Part shown: in pieces, positions 12,267-23,488 of the stretch
Numbering within the stretch: position 1 is the stretch's first letter
How the letters are laid out: each line of letters opens with the position of its first letter
Origin: Octopus sinensis
Lineage: Eukaryota
NCBI RefSeq assembly: GCF_006345805.1
Contig: NC_042999.1
Span: forward strand, 60,450,001-60,514,000
DNA length: 64,000 bases
Reading direction: 5' to 3'
Made by a program: the position numbers and the translations under genes
The notes under the pieces: model-generated
Seen by the model: only the letters and a program-made list of their open reading frames with translations
Database searches by the model: none
What the model was told of the DNA's origin: nothing

Positions 12267-13295
12267 TCATATATGATGTGATGTGTAAAGTCGTTTGGTG
12301 TAGTGTGGAGAGAGGAGAAGAGGGGGGAGGGGAAGGGGAGGGGAGAATAGGGGGATGAGAGGAGAGGAGGGGGAGAAGGAAGGGGGGAGGAAATAGGGAG
12401 AGGGGGGAGAGAAGGGGAGTGAGGGAGCAGAGGGAAGGGAAGAGGGAAGGAGGAGAGGGAGAAAGAGGGAAGAAGGAAGGGGAGTAGGGGTGAAAGGATG
12501 AAGGACTGAAGAGAAGTAGGGGTCGGGGGGGAAAAGTAGGTGAGGAGGGGGGAGAGGGGGGTTAGATGAGGAGGGGGGAGAGTTGAGACCAAATGGCGTA
12601 TAAGAGCGAAGAGAGAAGATTAATTCCTGTTCACGGCACAAACGAGAATCCGGATGGCCTCTGTGTAAGGACAGACCGAACACAGACAGGTGTTGCAAGG
12701 AGTGACCGGTGGAGCGGAAATGGCGTGAGACCGGTGTGTCGTTCGCAAGGTGGATGTCACGAAAGTGTTCCGCGAACCGGTCAGCCATGCGGCGTCCCGT
12801 TTGTCCGATGTACAAGGAATGGCAGAGAGAGCAAGAGACGCAATAGATAATATTGCTGGAGGTGCAGGTGAAGGAGTTGATGATGCGATAGGGTCGATGA
12901 TGGGTGCTAGTGAGGAGGGTGGTGTTGGAGAGGTAAGGGCAAGTGCGGCAACGTGGGCGGGAGCAGGGGAACGAGCCGGGTTGGGAGGTAGGTTCAGGGA
13001 AGGAGCTATGGACCAAAAGGTCTCGAAGGTTGTGGGCTCGTTTGAAAGAGGGAGGGGGGTCGGTTAGGGAAGAGGGTGAAGTGGACGGGTCGGACTGGAG
13101 ATGACGGAAAGCTCGAAGAATGGTGCGTTGGAGAGGTAGGGTCGTGGGGTGGTAGGTGAGGGGAAAAGGGAGGCGGGAGACTACAGGGCGGGTTCGGGGA
13201 GAGAGAGCAGATACACGGTCCACGGAACGTGCTCTGGCAAGGGCGGTGTGGATAGTGGTGAGGGGGTATCCACGTAGGGTGAAGTGGTGAGCCAT
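12267..13295 (-). CDS. PLE linker and GIY-YIG endonuclease, reading through into the pyrimidine-rich 3' tract
   Basis: ORF track 342 aa; the Pro/Ser/Leu tail is low complexity. Confidence 0.85.
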   Translation of the reverse strand: MAHHFTLRGYPLTTIHTALARARSVDRVSALSPRTRPVVSRLPFPLTYHPTTLPLQRTILRAFRHLQSDPSTSPSSLTDPPPSFKRAHNLRDLLVHSSFPEPTSQPGSFPCSRPRCRTCPYLSNTTLLTSTHHRPYRIINSFTCTSSNIIYCVSCSLCHSLYIGQTGRRMADRFAEHFRDIHLANDTPVSRHFRSTGHSLQHLSVFGLSLHRGHPDSRLCREQELIFSLRSYTPFGLNSPPSSSNPPLPPPHLLFPPDPYFSSVLHPFTPTPLPSSLFLPLLLPSSLPSAPSLPFSPPSPYFLPPSFSPSSPLIPLFSPPLPLPPLLLSPHYTKRLYTSHHI

Positions 13296-13974
13296 ACGTT
13301 GAGACTGAGTCTCAAAGTCATGGTCGTCACTACAGAGCCTACGTAGACGGAGGAATTGGGAAAGGGGATGGAAAGCTTGGTGTGTTCTGGGTGGGAGGAA
13401 GAGAAGTTGAGGTATGAGTGTGAGTCTGTGTGTTTGTAGTGAATGGAGGTGGTAAGAGTGGAGTGAAGAATGCTAACCGAAATGTCGAGGAAGGAGACAG
13501 AGGTGTTGGAGATAGTGGAAGTGAAGTGGAGGGCTGGATGGAAAGATTGGACGAAAGAGAGGAAGGAATCTAGATGTTCACGGGAGAGTGAGGTGGCACC
13601 GATAATGTCGTCAATGTAACGACCATATAGTTCAGGAGTGGGACCAGTGAAATTAGAGAATATTTGGGCCTCAACATAGCCAACGAACAGGTTTGCATAG
13701 TTGGGGCCCATTCGCGTTCCCATGGCCACTCCCGAGACCTGATGGTAGAACTCGCCCGCGAACGAGAAGCAGTTCAGAGTAAGGACAAGTTCGGCCAGAC
13801 GAATGAGTGTGGAGGTGTCAGGTACAGGGTTAGAGCGGAGGTCAAGAAAGTGTCGAAGGGCCTGCAGTCATTCGTGGTGAGGGATAACAATATAGAGGCT
13901 TTGGATGTCCATAGTAAAAAGGATTTTGGAGGAGCCGGGAGGAAAGGAGAAAGAGTTGAAAAGCCGGAGAGCAT
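13181..13974 (-). CDS. PLE reverse transcriptase core (one premature stop, one frameshift)
   Basis: ORF 13181..13729 plus the upstream in-frame segment; YIDD catalytic motif. Confidence 0.88.
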
Positions 13975-14067
13975 GGTTGGTATCGTGGATGTGGGAGGGA
14001 AGAGATGCCACTAGGGGGGCAAGGACACGGTCGAGGTATTTAGAGATGAGCTCCGTAGGGCAGTTGC

Positions 14068-14111
<44 letters not shown>

Positions 14112-14113
<2 letters not shown>

Positions 14114-14276
14114 GTCGGGCTTCTTTCAGTTTCCGTCTACCAAATCCACTCACATGGCTTTGGTTGGCCCGAGGCTATAGTAGAAGACACTTGACCAAGG
14201 TGCCACGCAGTGGGACTGAGCCCGGAACCATGTGGTTGGTAAGAAAGCTACTAACCACACAGCCACTCCTACGCCT
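14112..14276 (-). mobile_element. SINE family A 5' half
   Basis: gggcttctttcagtttccgtctacc...agccactcctacgcct. Confidence 0.85.
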
Positions 14277-15323
14277 ATTAGTTAAAGAATCTCACCATTT
14301 ATTGCTGATATTTAACAACGAGTTATAGAAAAGCAATCAGTGTCACATGAAACTGCTCCAAATAGCTGCCAGCAATCCTTCTCTCTCACTCTCTCTTTAA
14401 AGCTCATATATACACACAAAGAGTATTTTATAACAGTTTGTTTGATTCAACTTCCATATCACAGATTTTCCTCCATACATATTCGTCAGAAATATATAAA
14501 TTAAGTACCACCATTTCAAACTTCATTTAAACTATAATTGATAACGATCTTAGATACAGCTGTATGTTTATTTTAGATTATTACTTATTTTTCAACTCGG
14601 TTTGAAATTACTTAGAAGTCGATATGTATAATTACTTAGAAGTAGATATGAAATGTGTGAATATGTGCGTAAGAGTTTATTTGAACTTATACTACCGTTA
14701 ATTCACAGATATGTGGATGTGTTTCCTTAGACGTATGGATATATACGTATGTACGTAGAGCCGGTGTGTTTACGTACGTATGTAGAGCCGGTGTGTTTTC
14801 GGATGTGTCAGTACATATGACTGCCTTTTGCTAACCATGTTTCTGACTGCTCTCAGCGCTAATGCTACATAAACCATTTATCATAATTAAATTGGGATTT
14901 TTTTTATCTATAGCATCTGATGTAGTTGACCTGCCTTTATTCTACAGACATCTTGACTACATTGTTCCTTCTCTTTCATTCTTTCTTTCTTTATTTTACT
15001 GAAAAAATAAAAATAATGGCTTTCTTTTGCTTAACTGCTGTAAGACGATTGATTTCTTAAGTTTATACACTTTAGCAGCCAATTAACTGATGTTAGTAAA
15101 TAATAATGAATTGAACACCTATTTTTCTTCAGATCTGGCGTTTCAATCTCATTATGCAGCAGTCTACGCAGTGGTTACAGCATGGTATCTCCAATTAATC
15201 TCGGAGACACTAGGCGTGTTGCTAAAACCTGCCTAGAAATTATCTCGAATTTATGAAACTATTAGTAACTCAACTATATACACATACGTATATATATATG
15301 TTTTTGCGCACGTGTGTGTGTGT

Positions 15324-15383
<60 letters not shown>

Positions 15384-15522
15384 GTGTACATACTATCATT
15401 TGCGTCCAGCAAACCTACTGACAACACATTAATCGACTTGTAGTCTCATAGGAAGTCATTTACAGAAGGCTCCGCGCTGCGAGACTGAAACCGGAACATC
15501 GTGTTTGTGAAACAACCTTTTG

Positions 15523-15752
15523 TTATTTCTTTATTGCCCACAAGGGGCTAAACATAGAGGGGACAAACAAGAAAACCCAAACGGATTAATTCGATTATAT
15601 CGACCCAAGTAACTGGTACTTATTTTATCGACCCCGAAAGGATGAAAGGCAAAGTCGACCTCGGCGGAATTTGAACTCACAACGCAACGGCAGACGAAAT
15701 ACTGCTAAGCATTTCGCCCGGCGTGTTAACGTTTCTGCCAGCTCGCCGCCTT
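15523..15752 (-). mobile_element. SINE family B, full length
   Basis: Reverse complement of aggcggcgagctggcagaaacgttagcacgccgggcg...gccccttgtgggcaataaagaaataa. Confidence 0.85.
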
Positions 15753-16293
15753 TTGTACCATACAGCTATGCCTGCATTGCTTAAATATACTCAAGGCGAA
15801 CAGAAGTCCATAATTTTGTGAAAAAAATTTCGTTATTTTCAATGTTATACGTATGTCTTAATGCTGCCTTTTACAGTTCGACATACTTTAATGGAAATGT
15901 AACTGACTGGAGTAAAAGTTTGGTAAACATGCTAGAAAAAGTCAGGAAAGCTATAATTTTAGCATAAATTGGTCAGTGGTGAAAGTTGGCATCTTGAACG
16001 CTTTTGAATCTCTGTAACTGCGAAATCTGTAAGTATGCAATATATTTGTGAAATTTGTTCGGAAGTTGTTTAGTCGTGAAATAAATTACTACACTATGCT
16101 ACGTAATTATAAACAAAATGAAGTCCCAAAACAAGTACATCTCAAATACAATGATATGCACATGTTACTGCGGCATGATTTGAAGAAATGGAAAAAAAAA
16201 ATGAAGCTTACTTTTTAAAACATACAAATGCAAATGGTGCAGTATATTGAATCTTGTGTTTTTGTCGTACCAATAAATGCTTATTTTCTGAAA

Positions 16294-16709
16294 AGGCGGC
16301 GAGCTGGCAGAAACGTTAGCACGCCGGGCGAAATGCGTAGCCGTATTTCGTCTGCCGTTGCGTTCTGAGTTCAAATTCCGCCGTGGTCGACTTTGCCTTT
16401 CATTCTTTCGGGGTCGATTAAATAAGTACCAGTTACGCACTGGGGTCGATCAAATCGCTTTAATCCGTTTGTCTGTCCTTGTTTGTCCCTTCTATGTTTA
16501 GCCCCTTGTGGGTAATAAAGAAACAGGTATTTCGTCTGCCGCTACGTTCTGAGTTCAAATTCCGCCGAGGTCGACTTTGCTTTTCATCTTTTTGGGGTCG
16601 ATTAAATAAGTACCAGTTACGCACTTGGGTCGATATAATCGACTTAATCCCTGTCTGTCCTTGTTTGTCTCCCCTATTTTTAGCCCCCTGTAGGCAATAA
16701 ATAAATAAA
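16294..16709 (+). mobile_element. SINE family B plus tandem partial duplicate
   Basis: Full copy 16294-16526; second copy from gtatttcgtctgcc (16527) to the A-rich tail. Confidence 0.88.
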
Positions 16710-17264
16710 TACTTATTTTCTAGACCTATTTGTTCAAAAAAAGTTAAAAGCTGTTTTGTATACCGGGTAGTTTTAATTTAATTACAACATTTTCTCCCCT
16801 AAGAGCTAGAGAAATTTAAAACTTTGTTTACGCCTCTTAACTCCACAATCTCAGGTATAAAATTACTCGACTCTTCTAAAGTTACCCATATATCAAACGA
16901 TCCGCATCCCACTTAATGGGAAATATTACTAGTATAACGTAATTATGGCGTTAATTAAATTTTAAATCGACATTTAAAATGCAGTTTAAAAGTACACTTC
17001 GCTTTCCTTCCGACTTTACCGACATCACTGATAGCGGTTGTCGAAAGTAAAATTATCTTGTTCATATGTTCTGTAGCACGTAAATATTTAAGATTTTCTA
17101 ATTCGAAGATTTTCCTAATCATTTCGTCCCGATAAATATCCGTTAGAATATAATTTGTATATCGACTTCACATTTAAGTTTAGAAATATTAGAATTCCGA
17201 TGTGCAGTTCATGCTTAGGAAGCTAATTAGCTTGTCAATAAGCTTTTAATCTAAACGAACCGGT

Positions 17265-17534
17265 AATTCCCTTCTCCCTTTTGCAGCTGATCTGATACGG
17301 GAGTTGGACTACATAATTCTGTGCTATCAATATAGCAAATGGTGGAAAGCACGAATGAAACATTCTGCATCAATAATAAAGCTCTGTATGATATCAGCTA
17401 TCGCGCGTTGAAGCTCACCTCCCTTACTGGCAACTTAAATCATTCAGCTTCAGCTACAGTGGCTGCTGTTATTACATGTTTGTGGTTTCCAGTAGAGTTG
17501 AATGCTCTTTACGAAACATGGCGGTCAATATGGT
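17265..17534 (+). pseudogene. TUBB: Beta-tubulin pseudogene fragment (about residues 170-260)
   Basis: [80 protein letters not shown] aligns with beta-tubulin [83 protein letters not shown]. Has a stop codon, a codon deletion and a frameshift. Confidence 0.88.
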
Positions 17535-18028
17535 AAATTACGTTTTTTTTTTTTTTTATCAGATTACATTTTTCATACACGGATTAATGCTTTTAGCCAC
17601 AAAAAAACAGTCAACAATATAGGAGATTATAGCACAACATTTGCATTAAATGTTCGATCTTAAAACTGACGACCGTCTGTGATCCAAGAGGAGGACTATT
17701 TCCACTATATTTCGAGGTTGTATATCTAAATTCTCACAGAACACAGCCATGAGTAGACTTCTGTACATGACATTGTGCTGGAGATCAGTCCCATTATCAT
17801 TCAAGAAATACCGCTTTAATGCAGTTTGTACAGCTTTCATCACACTTTACTCGTCATTAAAAATGTTATTAACAACTCTAGTCTATTACTGTATCTTAAA
17901 GCATACCGGAAATTTATACTATCGGATACACAGAAAGAGAAGCTACAAAATTTGGCGTGGCCACAAAATTTTAATCCACCAAAACTCTGCTACAAAACAA
18001 GATTAGCTGTCAAGGCCGTTATGACAAA

Positions 18029-18085
18029 CTAGTAGTATAGTCCGACGTTGCTCGGGTTTGTTATTTAGTTGCGCTAGGGATTTTC
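18029..18085 (-). mobile_element. Helitron-like 3' terminus
   Basis: Minus strand: cccgagcaacgtcgg hairpin about 10 nt before CTAG|T. Confidence 0.5.
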
Positions 18086-18120
18086 ATAAAAAAAAAATAA
18101 TAATTATTATTATTATTATT

Positions 18121-18632
18121 GGGTGAGAGAGCAGTGCAAGCCATCAAGGTGACACTGGGGTAAAATATACGAAACCAATATACTCATCATGACTACCCGT
18201 CTGATAAAGGTACACTAGGCGCATGCATCACAACCATATGTGTGCAACATGGTGATCTCATATCAAGATAAACAGCACATGTCCTTGCAGGTGGGGCCCA
18301 GTTAGAATTCCGCTCAAAAGGTCCCTGAATAAGGATTGTTTAAGGATGTTGAACGAACCACCCATGTTTCCAAAGGTGAATTATCCAAACCTCTAAAAAT
18401 TGCTTTCAACACAGGGCTATGATGCTCATGATCAGAGATGCACATATCGTCAGCCACTAAGGGACATGCTCAACTGGTTAAGGTCAAACAACTAACAAGC
18501 AAATCTGTGGTATCGAGCAGAATATTTTCTGTAGCCCATCTTTTATACCAAGACAAGCAATATACATCATAACACCTTCAATCAATTAAGATCAGAAGCC
18601 ATGAGAGCCATTGCCTGGTACAGCATCAGGGC

Positions 18633-18636
<4 letters not shown>
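18121..18636 (-). mobile_element. About 520-bp non-coding element flanked by (TAA)n, copy 1
   Basis: Reverse complement of 23485-24041 with two internal deletions; (ATT)n on both sides. Confidence 0.8.
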
Positions 18637-18702
<66 letters not shown>

Positions 18703-18796
18703 TAGTTTTATTTTTATAGCGTGCTTTCACTTCACTACCGAGCGCAGCTCTGTGTGCCTTGGGTATGTGCTGTGATTTGTTGTGATGCTCTGATGG

Positions 18797-19912
18797 TTAT
18801 TGTATGGAAAGTGTTCTGCGTAGGATGTGTGCAGTGCCTAGTAGTGCAATTTTCTGTATGTTATATGTGTTTGTAAGTCCTGGTGTTTTTGTTATGTATT
18901 TGTCTGAATATTTTTTTATCATGCCTAATGCACCTACTATGATAGGAATTGTTTCTGTTTTCAGATTCCACATTTTAGTTACCTCTATTTCCAGGTCTTT
19001 GTATTTTGAGAGTTTCTCCATTTCTTTTAGAGACACGTTGTCATCTGCCGGTATTGATACATCAATTAGAAAGCATTTTTTTTCTTCATGATCTCTGACA
19101 ACTATATCTGGTCTGTTGGCCTTAATTTCTCTATCTGTGTGTATCGGCATATCCCAGAGTATGGTTGCTTTCTCGTTTTCTGTGACCTTTTCTGGTGTGT
19201 GTCTATACCATCTTTTTTCTGTTGTTATTCCATAACGTTGGCATAGCTTCCAATGTATGTAGGTTCCAACTCTGTAATGTCTGTGAATATATTCCTTCTT
19301 AGCCAGGACTGGGCAGCCAGAGATAATATGATTTATTGTTTCTTGTCCATCTCCACATATTCTGCAGTTACTTGTAATATTTCTTTTCATTACATGTTTT
19401 TGGTAATTTCTGGTGGGGAGGCTTTGGTCTTGTGCTGCAATTAAAAATCCCTCTGTTTCTGCTTTGAGTCCTGAGCTTCTCAGCCATTGCTGGGATTTTT
19501 CTTTGTCTATTTCTTTTGCGTTTAGTTTAGTGCTGTATTTACCATGAAGGGGCTTTTCTTGCCATCGTTTTATCATGGTTCGTTGCTGTTCTATTTTTAG
19601 TTTGGATTTCATTTGTTTTATAGCTTTTGTTGTTTCTTCATCTTCTTCTTCTTCTTCATGTTTATTAGGTGGTATGATTTCTTGTTTGTATTTGTCAGCT
19701 TCCTTAAATATTGAGAACAGTTTTTTGTTTTGCTCGTGTTTTGCTGCTATCTGGATCAGTTTTCCTTCCTTCTGAAGTAGATATTTTTGCAGTCCTATGG
19801 TGGTTATTTTATAGTAGTTTTCCAGCTGTATAAGACCTCTACCACCTTCTATACGTTGTATATATAGTCTTTCTATGTCAGATTTTGGGTGATGCATCCT
19901 AGATCCTGTCAT
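18797..19912 (-). CDS. RLE-LINE C-terminus: CCHC zinc knuckle and PD-(D/E)xK restriction-like endonuclease
   Basis: ORF track 371 aa with the motifs listed above. Confidence 0.9.
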   Translation of the reverse strand: MTGSRMHHPKSDIERLYIQRIEGGRGLIQLENYYKITTIGLQKYLLQKEGKLIQIAAKHEQNKKLFSIFKEADKYKQEIIPPNKHEEEEEDEETTKAIKQMKSKLKIEQQRTMIKRWQEKPLHGKYSTKLNAKEIDKEKSQQWLRSSGLKAETEGFLIAAQDQSLPTRNYQKHVMKRNITSNCRICGDGQETINHIISGCPVLAKKEYIHRHYRVGTYIHWKLCQRYGITTEKRWYRHTPEKVTENEKATILWDMPIHTDREIKANRPDIVVRDHEEKKCFLIDVSIPADDNVSLKEMEKLSKYKDLEIEVTKMWNLKTETIPIIVGALGMIKKYSDKYITKTPGLTNTYNIQKIALLGTAHILRRTLSIQ

Positions 19913-20016
19913 TATTTTTCTTGTTTTCCTATCTATTTCGGACAGTTCATTTCGTGTCCAGTTAAGGATATTGTAGCTGTAACTTATAACTGGGACAGCT
20001 AAAGTGTTGATACCTA

Positions 20017-21021
20017 TTATCTTGTTTTATCATTGAGCTCTGTTTTTAGTATTGATCTAACTCGTCTATAATATTCTTTTTTTATTTTCTCTTTCATTTG
20101 TGTGTGTTGTGTCTTATCTAGTTCATGGATTCCTAAGTATTTGTAAGTTTGGCTTTGGTCTAATTCTTTTATTTCATTGGTTTTATCTAGTGTGATGTTG
20201 TTACTCTTAACTAGTTTTCCTCTTTTCATGGTTACTTTGGCGCATTTTTCGAATCCAAATTTCATATCTATTTCTTTGGTAAATCCATGAACTGTCTTTA
20301 ATAGTGTTTCCAGCTGTTCGTCATTTGCAGCGTATAGTTTTAGGTCATCCATATATAAAAGGTGGCTGATCGTTTTGCCGTAACATTTATATCCGCATCC
20401 AGTTCTATTTAGCATATCAGATAGAGGTGACAGTGCCAAGCAGAAAAGGAGTGGAGAGAGCGTGTCTCCCTGGAATATTCCTCTTCTAATGGGGATGTCT
20501 TTGGTTTTCATGAGTCCCTCTTTTGTTTGGAGGTGTAGGACTGTTTGCCATTTATTCATAGAGTGCTCTATGAATTTTATGATTGTTGGTGCTACTTTGT
20601 TAATGGCTAGTGTTTCGAGGATCCATGTGTGGGGGATGCTATCAAACGCCTTTTTGTAGTCAATCCAGGCCATACTGAGGCCTTTCTTCTTTCTGTGGCT
20701 ATCTTCAGTTACGGCTGTATTAATCATTAGTTGATCTTTACAGCCATATGAGCCTTTGCGGCATCCTTTCTGCTCTTCTGGGAACAGTTTGTTTTCGTCC
20801 AGGTGCTTGTTCAGCCTTTGCGATATCACTGCAGTAAATGCCTTGAACATAGTAGGGAGGCAGGTTATTGGTCTGTAGTTTTCTGGTTTTTCTGTTCCAT
20901 CTGATTTGGGAATTAAGATGGTTTTCCCCTTCGTGAGCCATTCAGGCATTGTCTCTGGCTCTGCTAGTACGCTGTTAAAGTTTTCAGCCAGCTTTTTGTG
21001 TATTCCTGTTAGATATTTCAA
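20017..21021 (-). CDS. RLE-LINE reverse transcriptase domain
   Basis: ORF track 334 aa; separated from the next ORF by a 1-bp A-run frameshift near 20025. Confidence 0.9.
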   Translation of the reverse strand: MKYLTGIHKKLAENFNSVLAEPETMPEWLTKGKTILIPKSDGTEKPENYRPITCLPTMFKAFTAVISQRLNKHLDENKLFPEEQKGCRKGSYGCKDQLMINTAVTEDSHRKKKGLSMAWIDYKKAFDSIPHTWILETLAINKVAPTIIKFIEHSMNKWQTVLHLQTKEGLMKTKDIPIRRGIFQGDTLSPLLFCLALSPLSDMLNRTGCGYKCYGKTISHLLYMDDLKLYAANDEQLETLLKTVHGFTKEIDMKFGFEKCAKVTMKRGKLVKSNNITLDKTNEIKELDQSQTYKYLGIHELDKTQHTQMKEKIKKEYYRRVRSILKTELNDKTR

Positions 21022-21304
21022 CCAGAAGTTGGGGATCTTGCATGCCCAGGTGCCTTCCAGTTGCTTAGTTTTTGCAGTGCCTGGGTGACCTCTTCAGTTG
21101 TTATGGGGGTCCAAAGTTGTTCAGATGCCGAGTTTGTTATTTTGATACTCCTTTTTTCTGGCTGTTCGTTCGCCGACCATATTTCTCTCCAGAATTCTTC
21201 CAATTCTTCTGCCGTTGGTGCTGCAGTGACTTCTATTTTATTTTTGCCCAGTTCTTGGTAGAACTTTTTGGGGTTGGAGTTGAACTTTTTGTTCTGTTCA
21301 AAGA

Positions 21305-21355
<51 letters not shown>

Positions 21356-22424
21356 CATATGTTTGACTTTTGCTTTACATTTGCACAAGCTGGCTCTAAG
21401 TCTCACCCAGAGACCTCAAGAGACAACAAGTTGGAAGTTCATGTTGGTGTTATGCTTAGGGTGCCATATATTTGGTTTTGTACTTAGTGTTGTACTAGGG
21501 AATGTCTAAAAAAACATACGAAATTATGTTTGTCTTAAAACTTGAGATTACATAGAAAGTATTTTGCGTAGGATATGAGCAGTTCCCATGAGCACTATCT
21601 TTTGAATTTCTGCCTTTTTGGGGTTTCCTGGTATCTGAGTTAGATAGCAATCAGCTCCTTTTGCTATCATTCCCAGGACACCTATGACAACAGGTATTGT
21701 TTTAGTCTTCAGGTTCCACATTTTTCTGATTTCTATTTCAACATCTTTATAGTTGCTCAGTTTCTGGTAGGTCTTGACAGATACGTTTATATCGATTGGG
21801 ACAGTCATATCAATGAGGAGGCATGTTTTCTTGTCTGAAGTCTTTCAATATGTTGTCTGGCCTATTCGCATCAATCAGTTTGAATGGTGAAGTTCCAGAG
21901 GAGTGAGATGTGGTCATTTTCAAGCACTGGAGGTGGTTTGTGTTCCCACCAGTTTTTATCATGGGGCAAGCCCAGGTTTTTGCAAATTACCCAGTGAATA
22001 TTTCCTCTGTATTATCTTCTTTAGCTTCAGTTTCGTTCTTTTTATCCGTTACTGCTTGTTTAATTTGGTCAATCTCTACTTCAGTCAGTAATTTTTTTTA
22101 TAATGTTTCTTCTGACGTTGACAAGTTTGTTACTGTCTATGTAGGGTCTTACTTCAGGGTGTTTCTGTCTCCAGTTTAAGTAGGTTTGGTAGAACTTTTT
22201 GGGGTTGGAGTTGAACTTCTTGTTTTCTTCAAAGAAGCGTTGGCGTTTTTTGTACCGGCGGATCCTTTGTGCTTTGGCAAGGATATCTTGCTTCAGCTTT
22301 TCTTTTATTTCAGGCAAATCTTTATCTGTGATGTTATATTTGCGGAGTATTTTTGTTCTCTTTTTGTTGCTCAGTAGCGTTGATTGTTTGCTGATTTCAT
22401 TAAGAATCGACAGATCTTTTCTAA

Positions 22425-22428
<4 letters not shown>
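21356..22428 (-). mobile_element. Mosaic of further R4/Dong-type fragments (second subfamily 3' end fused to N-terminal pieces)
   Basis: 21548-22010 encodes HWVICK..W..H.P..RPD..LIDMTVP..KLSNY; 22020-22185 is the far N-terminus; 22185-22428 encodes QRIRRY..NKKFNSNPKKFYQ as in the first copy. Confidence 0.82.
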
Positions 22429-22476
<48 letters not shown>

Positions 22477-22481
22477 CTTCA

Positions 22482-22566
<85 letters not shown>

Positions 22567-22577
22567 CATTATTTATT
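22428..22577. repeat. (ATT)n microsatellite
   Basis: Direct reading. Confidence 0.97.
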
Positions 22578-23446
22578 AGGTACAGCCCTATTTCTGAAGA
22601 GTATCAAAATAAAATTTAGCAATGCTGAGTGTTTGACTGCATATCTAATAAATTAATCTATATAAGTAAATATATAGGATTATGAATACACAGAAAATAA
22701 TAAAGGCCAAGTAAATATGTAGAATATTCTATAATAGCAAGTAAATATATAGAAAGCTGAATATATAGAAAGTTATAAAGGACAAATTCGTACCACAGAA
22801 ATTCAATATGTTAGTACTTTCTTTTGTGGATTATTGCCAAAGCTGATATATTTCATAAAGGTGATTGTTCTTTTTAATATAAAATGTTTCTCATTGAACT
22901 GCATTATAGTTGTGAAATATGACAAAAGAAATGGCACGAATACCGAAATATAATATTGTTGTATTGTGCGAGATAAAATATAATTTTGCTTTGTTATCAC
23001 TTTTACAAATGAGAAAATACCAATGAAAATGGACAACGGAAATTACTTTGATGAATTAAAAATACAACACTTTTTGCTGCTTTAAGGAAAAATAAAACGT
23101 CCGTTAAGTAAATTGGTTAGTGCTAGTAGCACTTAGTGGCAAATGCGACGTAGGTGTCACGAATAGCTAAGCCACACCTAAATAATTATATTGTCGTTAA
23201 TATTATTACCATTCTGATTATGATTGCGGTATGCAGCGAAAGCAACAAATGAGCAATCGTCATCATCTTCATCGTGGTAGTTGTCGTTGTCACTGTTATT
23301 GTCATCAACATTAAGAAGATGACAGGATAATGATGATGATGATAAAAGTGATGGTAATAATAATAATAGGAAGAAAAAAAATGATAATAATAATAATAAT
23401 GATGATGATGTTAAAAGTCATAATAAGAATGATAATAATGTTAGAA

Positions 23447-23484
<38 letters not shown>

Positions 23485-23488
<4 letters not shown>

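Larger units (their letters stand above)
11821..14070 (-). mobile_element. 5'-truncated Penelope-like element (Neptune-like): RT + GIY-YIG + pseudo-LTR
   Basis: LFTMDIQSLY, GVAMGTRMGPNYAN, RYIDD, FLD motifs; CSRPRCRTC linker; IIYCVSC..YIGQTGRRMADRFAEH. One in-frame TGA (~13868) and one frameshift (~13360). Confidence 0.93.
18700..21305 (-). mobile_element. R4/Dong-clade RLE non-LTR retrotransposon, 5'-truncated, inserted in (TAA)n
   Basis: RT: QKGCRKGSYGCKDQL, GIFQGDTLSPLLF, YMDDLKLY. CCHC knuckle CRICG..ETINHIISGC; restriction-like nuclease NRPDIVV..LIDVS..EKLSKY. (AAT)n at both junctions. Confidence 0.9.
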
